Source: Pseudomonadota bacterium
GTDB taxonomy: Bacteria; Desulfobacterota; Desulfobacteria; Desulfobacterales; JBDRRP01
DNA length: 64,000 bases
NCBI GenBank assembly: GCA_043825735.1
Contig: JBDRRP010000071.1
Coordinates: 62,001-126,000, forward strand
Direction of reading: 5' to 3'
Below, piece after piece: positions 30,101 to 38,480 of this stretch. The notes under the pieces were generated by a model. That model was not told the DNA's origin. It saw nothing but the letters and a program-made list of their open reading frames with translations, and did no database searches. The translations under genes were made by a program, and so were the position numbers. Position 1 is the first letter of the stretch; the number at the start of each line of letters is the position of its first letter.

Positions 30101-32746
30101 GGTGGCCCATCGAAAAGGCACCGGAAGCCTGAATGCATCTTCGGTCGGAATCGTGGCGGCACTGCCGGGCAGGCGGCGGTGGCGAAGGCTCAGGGCTGCG
30201 GTGGCCAGCGACAGCAGACCGGCGGCGGCACCGCAATGGCCCGCCTGGGCCGTGGTGCTGTGAACCCGCATTCTTCCGGCGGGCGTATCTGTCGGCAATG
30301 CGGTTGATATCGCCTGCAGGGCGGCGCTCTCAGCGGTGTTCTCACTGCGGGCACCGCTGCCGTGGATCTCCCACAGTACCACGTCCCGTGGGCTGCAGCC
30401 GGCATCCGACAGGGCCATCCCAAGGGAGTGCGCGTAGACATCCGGTGACGGCTGATGAGGCCAGATCGTGCCCCCGCCGGCTTTTCCGATGCCGGTGATG
30501 ACGCCGTAGATGGGGTCACCATCTGACAGGGCGTCATCCAGGCGTTTCAAAATCACGGCGGCGGCGCCATCGCCGGGGAGTGGTCCTGCAGGGGCATCGG
30601 CGGGCGGCCGGTATCCGAGAAACGGACCGTCCATGACCAGACGTCGGATGTCCCCGGCCAGATCCACCGCACCGGCAAGAAAAAGGTCGGTTTCCATCTG
30701 CTGGAGGGAGCGCACCCCGATTTCCACGGCCCGGCACCCTGAGGCGGCATCTGCGCTCACCACGAAGCTCGGGCCGCCAAATCCGAATTCCCGGGCGATG
30801 CGGCTGGCAATGATGCCGCCCAGGGCACCCAATGTGCGGGGGGCGGTCAGCGGCGGGTGGACCGCGTCGGCCAAAGCGCTATCCCACGGGGCGCCGGGAT
30901 CGGCCGGGTTCGGGCGCCACGGGTGCGTGCCGGCACCGGCAAGCCATCTCAGGTGAAAATCGGTTGCCTCCATGTCGAAATCGATGCCGATGACGCCACC
31001 CATTCGGGGGCGCTCGGCCCGCAGGGGCAGTCCGGCATCGGTGATGGCATCGGCCGCCACCGCGAGCATGAGAAGATGCTGGGCAAGGATATCCGGGAGT
31101 TCCGTCGGCGGGATTCGATATTTTCCCGCCGGAATGTGCACGGAAGCCATGTATCCCCCCCGGGGCAGGGCGATGGCATGTTCGGCGGCCACCGTTTCGG
31201 CGATGCCGTACCAGCGATCCGTCGGTGCCGCGCGCAAGGGGCTCTCGTTGTCATGGCGCATTCGCAGGAGCGCGTCGGCGGAGTGGGCCGCGCCGAAACG
31301 TGCCGCCAGTCCGATGATGGCTACTGGTGCTTCAGGGGCTGCGTGCATCGATGACACCGCACTGTTGACCGGCGATATGGCGGCGCCGGCCGGGAACCAT
31401 TGCTCGATCAGCAGGTGCGCGTTGATCCCGCCGAAACCGAATGCGCTCACCGCTGCCCGAAGGGGACGGCCGGCGTGTCGGCGCGGCCACGGCGCGGCCA
31501 CCGACATTACACGGAACGGGCCTTTGGTCAGTGCCGGATGCTCGGCCGGCGGATCTGCTTTCAGCGACGGGGGCAGCATCTGGTGATGAATCGCCAGCAG
31601 GGACTTGATCATTCCGGCGGCGCCGGCTGCCGTGAGCAGGTGTCCGATCATGGATTTGACCGAACCGATGGCGCATTGCCCGGTCGTGAAGGGGCGATCG
31701 GCCCACAGCTGCGCCAGGCTGTTCAGTTCCGTGGCGTCACCCACCGGCGTGCCGGCGCCGTGACACTCGATGTGGTCCACGTCTTCCGGCTGCCATCCGG
31801 CGAGTTCATAAGCCCGGCGCATGGCCCTGAGCTGACCTTCACTGTCCGGTGCCAACAGGTTTCCGCGCATGTCGTTTGAAAGTCCGATGCCCCGGATGAC
31901 ACCGACCACCGTGTCATTGTGTGCCACGGCGTCGGCCAGTCGTTTGAGAACCAGTACGCCGGCGCCTTCACCCACCACCAAGCCGTTCGCATTCTGGGAA
32001 AACGGCGCGCACCGGCCCGAGGGCGACAGGGCCCTCAATTGGCTGAACCCCACCTGAGTGTAAAGGCAATCGGGGCGCGACACGCCGCCGGTCACCACCG
32101 CATCGGCCCGGTGGGCATGAAGCTCGTCGCAGGCCAGTTTGATTGCGTAAAGAGACGATGCGCAGGCGGCATCCAAGGTGAGCGAGCCCCCGGTCCATCC
32201 GAAGCAGGCTGCAACCAGCGCTGCCGGCAGACTGGTTACCCGGGCGGCCAGGGCGTCGCTGGCGGTGATGGGGCCATCCGGAGCTGTGGCCGTTCCGTCC
32301 GGCATCGCGCGGCGGTAGGCGCGGCCGACCGTGCGCCGGTTCAACCGGTTGGACCCGTCGGTGGGCAGGGCGATGGCAGCAAGGATTGTGCTGATGCGCA
32401 TTGGCGAGACAGTGGGCGACAGGCAGCAACCCGCCGCCGCTTCGCGTGCGGCATGGATGATCAGATGGTAAAGCGGATCGAGGCCCCGCAGGAGATCAGG
32501 TGCCAGCGCCAGCCCTTCAAAATCGACGGTCAAATCCGTGACGAGGCAGGCCTGGTCGGAAAGGGCACGGTCTGGTGTGAATCCTGACGAGACAACCGAA
32601 GCCGACGGCACCGGCCACCGATGGGGCGGCACCGGGCCGGCGGCGTCAGCACCGCTGACGATGCGGGACCAGAACGTCGCGATACCGGGTGCGCCAGGGA
32701 AAGCACATCCCATGCTCACAACGGCGATGGGTTCAAATCGATGCAT
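27161..32746 (-). CDS. pfaC: PUFA synthase subunit PfaC-like (KS-CLF-DH'/DH-DH'/DH)
   Basis: KS DAACASS, HGAGT, GHLL; inactive KS/CLF (SADAASG); FabA-like DHs WFLTCHFVDDMTMPG and WFFAAHFYQDPVCPG with pseudo-DH partners; no AT motif found. Confidence 0.85.
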   Translation of the reverse strand: MHRFEPIAVVSMGCAFPGAPGIATFWSRIVSGADAAGPVPPHRWPVPSASVVSSGFTPDRALSDQACLVTDLTVDFEGLALAPDLLRGLDPLYHLIIHAAREAAAGCCLSPTVSPMRISTILAAIALPTDGSNRLNRRTVGRAYRRAMPDGTATAPDGPITASDALAARVTSLPAALVAACFGWTGGSLTLDAACASSLYAIKLACDELHAHRADAVVTGGVSRPDCLYTQVGFSQLRALSPSGRCAPFSQNANGLVVGEGAGVLVLKRLADAVAHNDTVVGVIRGIGLSNDMRGNLLAPDSEGQLRAMRRAYELAGWQPEDVDHIECHGAGTPVGDATELNSLAQLWADRPFTTGQCAIGSVKSMIGHLLTAAGAAGMIKSLLAIHHQMLPPSLKADPPAEHPALTKGPFRVMSVAAPWPRRHAGRPLRAAVSAFGFGGINAHLLIEQWFPAGAAISPVNSAVSSMHAAPEAPVAIIGLAARFGAAHSADALLRMRHDNESPLRAAPTDRWYGIAETVAAEHAIALPRGGYMASVHIPAGKYRIPPTELPDILAQHLLMLAVAADAITDAGLPLRAERPRMGGVIGIDFDMEATDFHLRWLAGAGTHPWRPNPADPGAPWDSALADAVHPPLTAPRTLGALGGIIASRIAREFGFGGPSFVVSADAASGCRAVEIGVRSLQQMETDLFLAGAVDLAGDIRRLVMDGPFLGYRPPADAPAGPLPGDGAAAVILKRLDDALSDGDPIYGVITGIGKAGGGTIWPHQPSPDVYAHSLGMALSDAGCSPRDVVLWEIHGSGARSENTAESAALQAISTALPTDTPAGRMRVHSTTAQAGHCGAAAGLLSLATAALSLRHRRLPGSAATIPTEDAFRLPVPFRWATGESLPPNVDAGAAPPVALVAAITKDGNVMHLVLAPGPEAPATSVLRDDDDDHGKRRGFTRKLGKIPFQSPGAAPIAAGIPKTAAIQQPSPETAPQTLFRPHEAPSAMSHPVADTFRMAADTVAAGSAAVADAHQQFLDFSRQVTDAFAAAVTLQGQLLETVAATGLNSLASLPPAAAAPTPVCTREQCLSFAVGTAASVLGPDFADVDRYRTRVRLPGEPLMLVDRIMALEGEKDGLGAGRVVTEHDVHPGAWYLDGSRAPVSISVEAGQADLFLCAWLGIDHRVRGHRSYRLLDATVTFHRDLPQPGDIIRYDIHIDKFIKQQDTYLFFFRFEGHIGERHLITMSDGCAGFFTPEEVHRSGGIILTEDEKAPAAGISRVDWMPPVPTADVERYDDQAVDALRAGRLEDCFGEAFRAVPIAQGLRLPGGRMRLIDRIRLLDPAGGQYGLGRIEAEADVAPDAWFLTCHFVDDMTMPGTLMYDCCAHALRVLLQRLGWVSDAPDAHYAPVVGRPAALRCRGPVTPETRQVIYAVDIKEIGYAPEPYVIADAHMFADGRYIVMFRDMSLRMAGVAKADIQAIWQRRSVSADMSAGAPERLPLYDYERILAFCVGNPSAAFGAPYRVFDSDRRIARLPGPPYLFMDRVTSVAPPPWILAPGGWITAEYDIRGDAWYFRASRSGQMPFCVLLEIALQPCGWLAAYCGSALKSTTDLKFRNLGGDATLHRNLSTRAHRLTMKARLTKVSEAGEMIIEHFDFQVLDDEGPVYTGTTYFGFFTAAALANQVGFKKVTAFMDGARTDTPMTAGAKPLAHRAPVSPEDMRVDAPSGLCLPGKALLMIDAVDVADACGGPDRLGYLRARKTVDPAEWFFAAHFYQDPVCPGSLGVESFLQTLRLQARDRWPALARTHRFDMVPGHRHQWAYRGQVIPNNTEIVVESAVSAIDTAADPTLYGHGFLWCDGRCIYEMTNFGIRLVPIKTDS

Positions 32747-32991
32747 TAGACAGTCCGATGATCGGCGCACCCGTTCGCTCTGGCATAACGGGCGATTGGA
32801 TGCTATTCGGTCGCCAACACGCCATTACAGGGTGCATGATTAAAGCGAAAATTTATAGCCGGGAACCCGGGTGGAATCAAGGTATTTAACGCCGCCGTGT
32901 TGACGCCGTCGCCTGGACTGTGTACTTTCCCCAGTATTGAATTCATAAGGGTTTTTGAATTTATCGATTTTGCTACAGGAGGTGCTTTGCC

Positions 32992-33375
32992 ATGAAAGTG
33001 GCTTTTCCTTCGACAGAGGACCAGGGGCTGGACAGTACCGTGTTTTCCCATTTCGGATCGGCCCCTTTTTTTATTATCGTGGATACCGCAGACGGCTCCC
33101 ATTCGAGTGTCGGCAACTGCGACCTTCACCACGAGCACGGACAGTGCCAGCCGCTGCTTGCCCTGGGCGGGCATGAAGTGGATGCCGTGGTGGTGGGGGG
33201 TATCGGCCGCGGTGCCCTGCAGCGGCTACGGGGCGCCGGTATCGAGGTCTACCGCTCCGTCCAGGGGTCGGTGACTGAAAACCTTGCGTTGATAAACGAG
33301 GGCAAACTGGCGGCCTACGATTTCCATTTTGTCTGCAGCGGCCACGCTGGCGACGACGCCTGCGGCCACCACTGA
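32992..33375 (+). CDS. NifB/NifX family FeMo-cofactor-binding domain protein
   Basis: HFGSAPFF, HHEHGQCQP, VVGGIGRGA, C-terminal Cys/His tail. Confidence 0.85.
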   Translation: MKVAFPSTEDQGLDSTVFSHFGSAPFFIIVDTADGSHSSVGNCDLHHEHGQCQPLLALGGHEVDAVVVGGIGRGALQRLRGAGIEVYRSVQGSVTENLALINEGKLAAYDFHFVCSGHAGDDACGHH

Positions 33376-33397
33376 TCACCGCTGGCCTTATCTGCCC

Positions 33398-34780
33398 ATG
33401 CCCAGCACACCATCACCGCCACTGACCATATCGGTTTCCTGCGATCTGCGCCTGGAGGGTGGACCCGCCGCACTCCACGACGACCTCATGCAGCGACTGA
33501 CCTTCGTCAATCCCAAGTGGCTGGAAAATGACCGCATGAATCGGTGGAATCGCGGCACGCCCAAGGTGCTCAAATTCTATGACCGGGTTAAGGGCGGGAC
33601 CCGTATTCCTCGTGGATATCTTCGCCAGCTCATTCTTCAATGCCGCCGCGACGGTATCGACTATCAGATGATCGACCGCCGCAATCGCTTGACGCCGGTG
33701 CCCTATGGCTTCCACGGTGTGCTGCGCGATTTTCAGCAGCAGGCTGTGGACGCCATGCTCCAGCGGGATTTCGGGACGCTTTGCGCCCCCACCGGTAGCG
33801 GCAAAACCGTCATGGGGCTGGCCATGGTGGCCGAGCGTCGGCAGCCAACGCTCGTTGTTGTGCACACCCGAGACCTTGCCGATCAATGGGTGGACCGGAT
33901 TACCGCCTTTTTGGGCATTCCGCCGGCCGAGATCGGCGTTATGGGGGGCGGTTCCAAGACCATTGGTGATCAGATCACCGTTGCCCTGGTCCAGACCCTG
34001 GTCAAATGCGCCGAAGCGCTGGCCCCCCGGGTGGGGTTTTTGATAGTGGACGAATGTCACCGGTGCCCCAGCCGAACCTTCACTGAGGCGGTCACCGCAT
34101 TCGACTGCCGCTATATGCTTGGACTGTCGGCTACCCCGTGGCGCCGGGACAATCTTTCACGCCTGATTTTCTGGCATCTGGGAGACGTCCACCACGAGGT
34201 GGACAAACGAGACCTCGTGGCCAGTGGCGACATCCTCGACGCGGAGGTCTTCTTCCGTGAAACCGACTTCAGCCCTTTTTACAACCCGGTCAGCGAATAC
34301 AGCAAAATGCTCTCCGAGCTCACGCGAGACGATGCGCGCAACCGGATGATCGCAGACGATGTGGCCACCGAAGCGGCGCGAAAGAAAGGCACCTGTCTGG
34401 TCTTATCCGATCGCAAGCAACACTGTGAAACGCTCCAGTCGCTGATCCGCTTTCGCCACCATTTGCCCTGTGAACTGCTCACCGGAGACGTGCCGGCTGC
34501 CGAGCGGCGGGATGTCATCGAACGGCTGGGCCGTGGCGAGGTGCGGATTCTGGTGGCAACGGGCCAGCTCGTGGGCGAAGGGTTTGACTGCCCGGATCTC
34601 ACCACCCTTTTTTTGGCCACACCGGTGAAATTCAGCGGGCGGGTGATCCAGTACCTGGGCCGGGTACTTCGGCCGGCACCGGAAAAACGCGGGGCGCGGG
34701 TATTCGATTACGTAGACGTGAAGGTGGATGTGCTGGTATCGGCAGCGCGCTCGCGGGAGCGGGTTTACGGGAGCGGCTGA
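33398..34780 (+). CDS. Superfamily II DEAD/DEAH (ResIII/Rad25-like) helicase
   Basis: APTGSGKT, DECH, LSATP, GEGFD, QYLGRVLR; start uncertain. Confidence 0.88.
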   Translation: MPSTPSPPLTISVSCDLRLEGGPAALHDDLMQRLTFVNPKWLENDRMNRWNRGTPKVLKFYDRVKGGTRIPRGYLRQLILQCRRDGIDYQMIDRRNRLTPVPYGFHGVLRDFQQQAVDAMLQRDFGTLCAPTGSGKTVMGLAMVAERRQPTLVVVHTRDLADQWVDRITAFLGIPPAEIGVMGGGSKTIGDQITVALVQTLVKCAEALAPRVGFLIVDECHRCPSRTFTEAVTAFDCRYMLGLSATPWRRDNLSRLIFWHLGDVHHEVDKRDLVASGDILDAEVFFRETDFSPFYNPVSEYSKMLSELTRDDARNRMIADDVATEAARKKGTCLVLSDRKQHCETLQSLIRFRHHLPCELLTGDVPAAERRDVIERLGRGEVRILVATGQLVGEGFDCPDLTTLFLATPVKFSGRVIQYLGRVLRPAPEKRGARVFDYVDVKVDVLVSAARSRERVYGSG

Positions 34781-34813
34781 TGCCAAGACCTGTGAGATGA
34801 ACCGTTCAAGATT

Positions 34814-34948
34814 TGATGAATCTGCAAAAAGTGATTTTGAACCACAGAGACCGCAGAGGGCCGCAGAGAATATACTGAAGAATTTGTAAGTTATCTCTGC
34901 GCGCTCTGCGTGCTCTGTGGTGATTTCAGACTTTTTACGGGACTGTCA
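34814..34948 (+). mobile_element. ~135-bp palindromic MITE-like element, copy A1
   Basis: Ends TGATGAATCTGCAAAAAG / CTTTTTACGGGACTGTCA; inner CAGAG x3 ... CTCTG x3 hairpin. Confidence 0.8.
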
Positions 34949-37900
34949 GGATTTTGAGGTGGTTTTTTTCGGGGATATGGCATCACCCGCGCCGGGTAGC
35001 GTCGTGACCAACTGGGCCACCGATTCATGGAGAACGATGAGCGCGGCATCCACGTCCTTGAGCAGGCCTTCCGCCTGATTGGGGTCTTTTTCACGGCAGG
35101 CGATCTCGAGATCAGCCGCCAGACGATGGAGGTCTTTGGCCGCGATATTGCCTGCCGCTCCCTTTAGCGAATGGGCACAGCGCTTGGCCGCATCCAGGTC
35201 ACCGGCCGTGAGCAGTGACATCATCATATCGGGAAAGCCCCGGTAGTGCTCGCAGTAGTCCTTGAGGATGTCCATATAAAGGCTCGTGTCACCGCCGACC
35301 CGTGCGATTCCTTCGGTCATGTTGAGACCCTTGAGAGCGGTTTCCGGGGTCAGTGGGTAGGCCCCCTGGGGCTTGGAAGGGGCCGGTGCCGCCGAAGCGC
35401 AGTGTTCGGGCAGGTGGCGTCGCATGGCGGCAAACAGTTCATCGCGATCGATGGGCTTGGCCACATAGTCGCTCATTCCGGCATCCATGCATTTTTCCCG
35501 GTCTCCGGGCATGGTGTGCGCGGTCAGGGCGATGATCGGCAGCTCAGTCATGCCTAGATTCCAGCGGATGATGCGAGAGGCTTCAAGACCATCCATCTCG
35601 GGCATCTGAATATCCATCAATACCAAGGCATACTCGCCCTGCTTGACCGCTTCCACGGCTTCACGACCATTTTGGGCGATATCCACCGACAGACCGGCAC
35701 ATGCCAGCATTTCGCGAGCCACGCGCTGGTTGATGGCATTGTCTTCAACCAGCAAAATGCGTAAGGCGCCTGATTCCGCAGTAAAACCCAGAATCCCGTG
35801 CTCATGAACGGGCAGCTTGGGCAATTGGAACCCGAATACCGACATAAGGGTATCAAACAGCGACGACTGCTTAACCGGTTTGGTCAAAACGTGAGAATAA
35901 CCCGCCTCCTTGGCCCGCTTGGCTGGTGTGGATTGTTCAGATACGACCAGTAGTACCACGGGCGGCAGTGCGCCTTGAAAATACGACTGCAGCTGGCGCA
36001 TGGCCATCAGTCCTCCGGTTCCGGGCAGACTGCTGTCGAGAAAAATAACATCCACCGGGTCGATGGCCGGATCGATGAGGGCGGGGATTTCTTCAAGGGC
36101 GGTCGCCGCCGTAACGCGAAATCCTAGGCCGTCCATGATGTTGGACATCACGGTCAGCGCCACCGGATGGTCGTCGATGAGAAGCACATGGCGAGTGCCC
36201 AAAAGCCCGGCAATATCCGGTTGCGCCGTATTTGGCGCATGCGCTACCTGGAAGTCGGCGGTGAAATAAAAACGGCTTCCCCTGCCAATGGTGCTTTCCA
36301 CCCACAGTCGGCCGGCCATCATATCCACGATACGTTTGCAGATGGCCAGACCGAGCCCTGTGCCACCGTATTTGCGGGTGATGGAACCGTCGGCCTGAGT
36401 GAAGGCGTCGAAGAGGTGCTGCTGGGCTTCCTCGGGGATTCCGATGCCGGTGTCTTTGACACAGAAAAGCAGGGTAGTTTGCGTTTCGGCGAGAGACGTC
36501 TGGCGCACCTGGATACAGATTTCGCCGGTTTCGGTGAACTTCACCGCGTTGGATAAAAGGTTGATCAGCACCTGGCGAAACCGCAGCGGATCGGCGTTGA
36601 TGTGATCCGGAACGTCGGGAGCGATATCGACGATGAGTTCGATGGTTTTAGCCGAAATTTTGTCAAAGAAAAGGTCCACCACTTCTTCGATGAGCCGGTG
36701 CAGGGAAAAGGGGATTTGCTCCAGCTCCAGTTTGCCCGATTCGATTTTGGACAGGTCCAGAATATCGTTGATCAGTTCCAAAAGGGCGATGCCTGAGGTA
36801 CGGATGATGCCCAGGTGTTCTCTGTGTTTGGCAGACAGATCTGTACCCAGCATGATGTCGCACATACCGATAATGCCGTTTAGCGGGGTTCTGATTTCAT
36901 GGCTCATGTTGGCCAGAAATTCGCTCTTGGCGATGTTGGCCGCTTCCGCCGCCTGCATGGATAGCTTCAGGGCCGCCTCGGTCTGTTTTTGCTGGGTGAC
37001 GTCCAGGACCACGCCCTCGATATAGTCTTGCGGGTCATCCAGGCGCGCTGAGATGGAGATCCATTTTTCCTCTCCGTTTTCAAGGGTCACCATGGATTCA
37101 AAGCCGGATACTTCACCTAGGCGCTTGAGTTGGTCGATGAGTTCGGCCCGGCGCCGGGGGGAATGAAAATCCGATAAGCGGCAGCGGCTGGTCATTTCAG
37201 AAACCGACCCGTAGCCCAGAATCTGTGCGGCGCGACGGTTGCCGTGAAGGACCCTGCCGTCCGATATACGGGAGCGTATGAGTCCCACCACCGAGTTGTT
37301 GTAGAGGCTGCGGTATAGGCGTTCACGTTCCTGCAAGGCAACTTCCGCCATTTTCCGGAATGTGACGTCGGTGACAAAGCTCAACGTGGCGGGGCGTTCT
37401 TCCCAGCCCACCACCACGCTGTAAATTTCGATCCACCGGGTTTTGCCGTTTTTGTCTAAAATGCGCAGCGTGTAGTTTTCTTCCACCGGTTCTCCGGCCA
37501 GTCGTCGCCGGTGGTGCTCGATGAGCATGGGGCGATCTTCCGGGTGGATCAGGTCCAGAAAGGCGATGCGCTCCAGCTCCTGATCGCTGTAGCCGGACAC
37601 CTCCGATACTTTCGGGTTCCAGAACTTGAGATCGCCGTCTTGAGTGACCAAAATGCCTTGGGTGGCTTTTTCCACCAGCAGGCGGTACTTGCTGCGGCTT
37701 TTGTTGAGCCTGCCGGCTGTCAGCTGGTGCAGGCTTTTTTCGTTTTGCAGCTTTTCGCTGATGGTTTTCAGTTCAGAATTTTTTTCGGTGAGCAAGCGTT
37801 GGAGTTGGTCCGGGGTCTCCGGAAAGCCGGCAGAAGCCGCCATGCGACGGGTGATATCACGGGTGACACCGGTGAGTCCCACGGGGCGTTGTTCCGGAGA

Positions 37901-38254
37901 GCAGAGAAAAGCAAAGCTGATTTCACCCCAGACACGAGAGCCGTTTTGATGAATGAATTCAAGGGCCAGAATATGAGGCGCCGGCGGGTAGGTGAAACTG
38001 GCCAGGCTGTCTTCAAGAAAAGACTCCGCCGCAGCGCGGGAGGTCGGGGCCAGGTAGGTGGTGAGGCAGCATCCGATCAGCGCCTCCGCCGGGTAGCCCA
38101 GAAAGGGTTCCACCGCCGGGCTGAGGTAGCTGAATCGAAGCGACAGGTCCATCGACCACACCACGTCGGCAATGGCAGATAGCAGCGGCGAAGCCGGCAC
38201 ATCGGTATTTTGCGGGCACACGGTTGCGCCGCTGTGCGTATCAGGAGCGTTCAT
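34946..38254 (-). CDS. Hybrid sensor histidine kinase (3 PAS, HisKA, HATPase, 2 REC, Hpt)
   Basis: FLANMSHEIRTPLNG, NLLSNAVKFT, DTGIG, GGTGLGL, LMDIQMPEMDG, AHSLKGAAGN. Confidence 0.93.
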   Translation of the reverse strand: MNAPDTHSGATVCPQNTDVPASPLLSAIADVVWSMDLSLRFSYLSPAVEPFLGYPAEALIGCCLTTYLAPTSRAAAESFLEDSLASFTYPPAPHILALEFIHQNGSRVWGEISFAFLCSPEQRPVGLTGVTRDITRRMAASAGFPETPDQLQRLLTEKNSELKTISEKLQNEKSLHQLTAGRLNKSRSKYRLLVEKATQGILVTQDGDLKFWNPKVSEVSGYSDQELERIAFLDLIHPEDRPMLIEHHRRRLAGEPVEENYTLRILDKNGKTRWIEIYSVVVGWEERPATLSFVTDVTFRKMAEVALQERERLYRSLYNNSVVGLIRSRISDGRVLHGNRRAAQILGYGSVSEMTSRCRLSDFHSPRRRAELIDQLKRLGEVSGFESMVTLENGEEKWISISARLDDPQDYIEGVVLDVTQQKQTEAALKLSMQAAEAANIAKSEFLANMSHEIRTPLNGIIGMCDIMLGTDLSAKHREHLGIIRTSGIALLELINDILDLSKIESGKLELEQIPFSLHRLIEEVVDLFFDKISAKTIELIVDIAPDVPDHINADPLRFRQVLINLLSNAVKFTETGEICIQVRQTSLAETQTTLLFCVKDTGIGIPEEAQQHLFDAFTQADGSITRKYGGTGLGLAICKRIVDMMAGRLWVESTIGRGSRFYFTADFQVAHAPNTAQPDIAGLLGTRHVLLIDDHPVALTVMSNIMDGLGFRVTAATALEEIPALIDPAIDPVDVIFLDSSLPGTGGLMAMRQLQSYFQGALPPVVLLVVSEQSTPAKRAKEAGYSHVLTKPVKQSSLFDTLMSVFGFQLPKLPVHEHGILGFTAESGALRILLVEDNAINQRVAREMLACAGLSVDIAQNGREAVEAVKQGEYALVLMDIQMPEMDGLEASRIIRWNLGMTELPIIALTAHTMPGDREKCMDAGMSDYVAKPIDRDELFAAMRRHLPEHCASAAPAPSKPQGAYPLTPETALKGLNMTEGIARVGGDTSLYMDILKDYCEHYRGFPDMMMSLLTAGDLDAAKRCAHSLKGAAGNIAAKDLHRLAADLEIACREKDPNQAEGLLKDVDAALIVLHESVAQLVTTLPGAGDAISPKKTTSKS

Positions 38255-38480
38255 TCTTCCAAGTGCGGAGGTTCGCTCTATAGTAACGGTTGTTGGCCAG
38301 GGGAGGGATGAGAAAACTCACCAGTTGGCCTACTGGTGCCACTCTTTGGGGCGTTTGTCAATACAGCGGACTGTGCCGCCACTGCCATCCGCTTTCCGCC
38401 GCCGTTGCGCGGGTGCCAGGGGCGGCGCAGCGGCATGTGAAGGTGAGCGGCCACGGCCTTGGTGCTTTACGTTGCAGGCA

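Noticed and set aside
28355..30307. Long + strand ORF (650 aa) and similar antisense ORFs (e.g. 22108-23409, 16107-17231, 46196-47188, 49039-50019)
   Set aside because: They shadow well-supported genes on the opposite strand in GC-rich DNA and show no recognisable motifs
32992..33375. NifX-like gene as evidence of nitrogen fixation
   Set aside because: No nif genes nearby; this domain family is widespread in non-diazotrophic anaerobes
33398..34780. Helicase as part of a restriction or anti-phage system
   Set aside because: No adjacent DNA methyltransferase, nuclease or other defence gene
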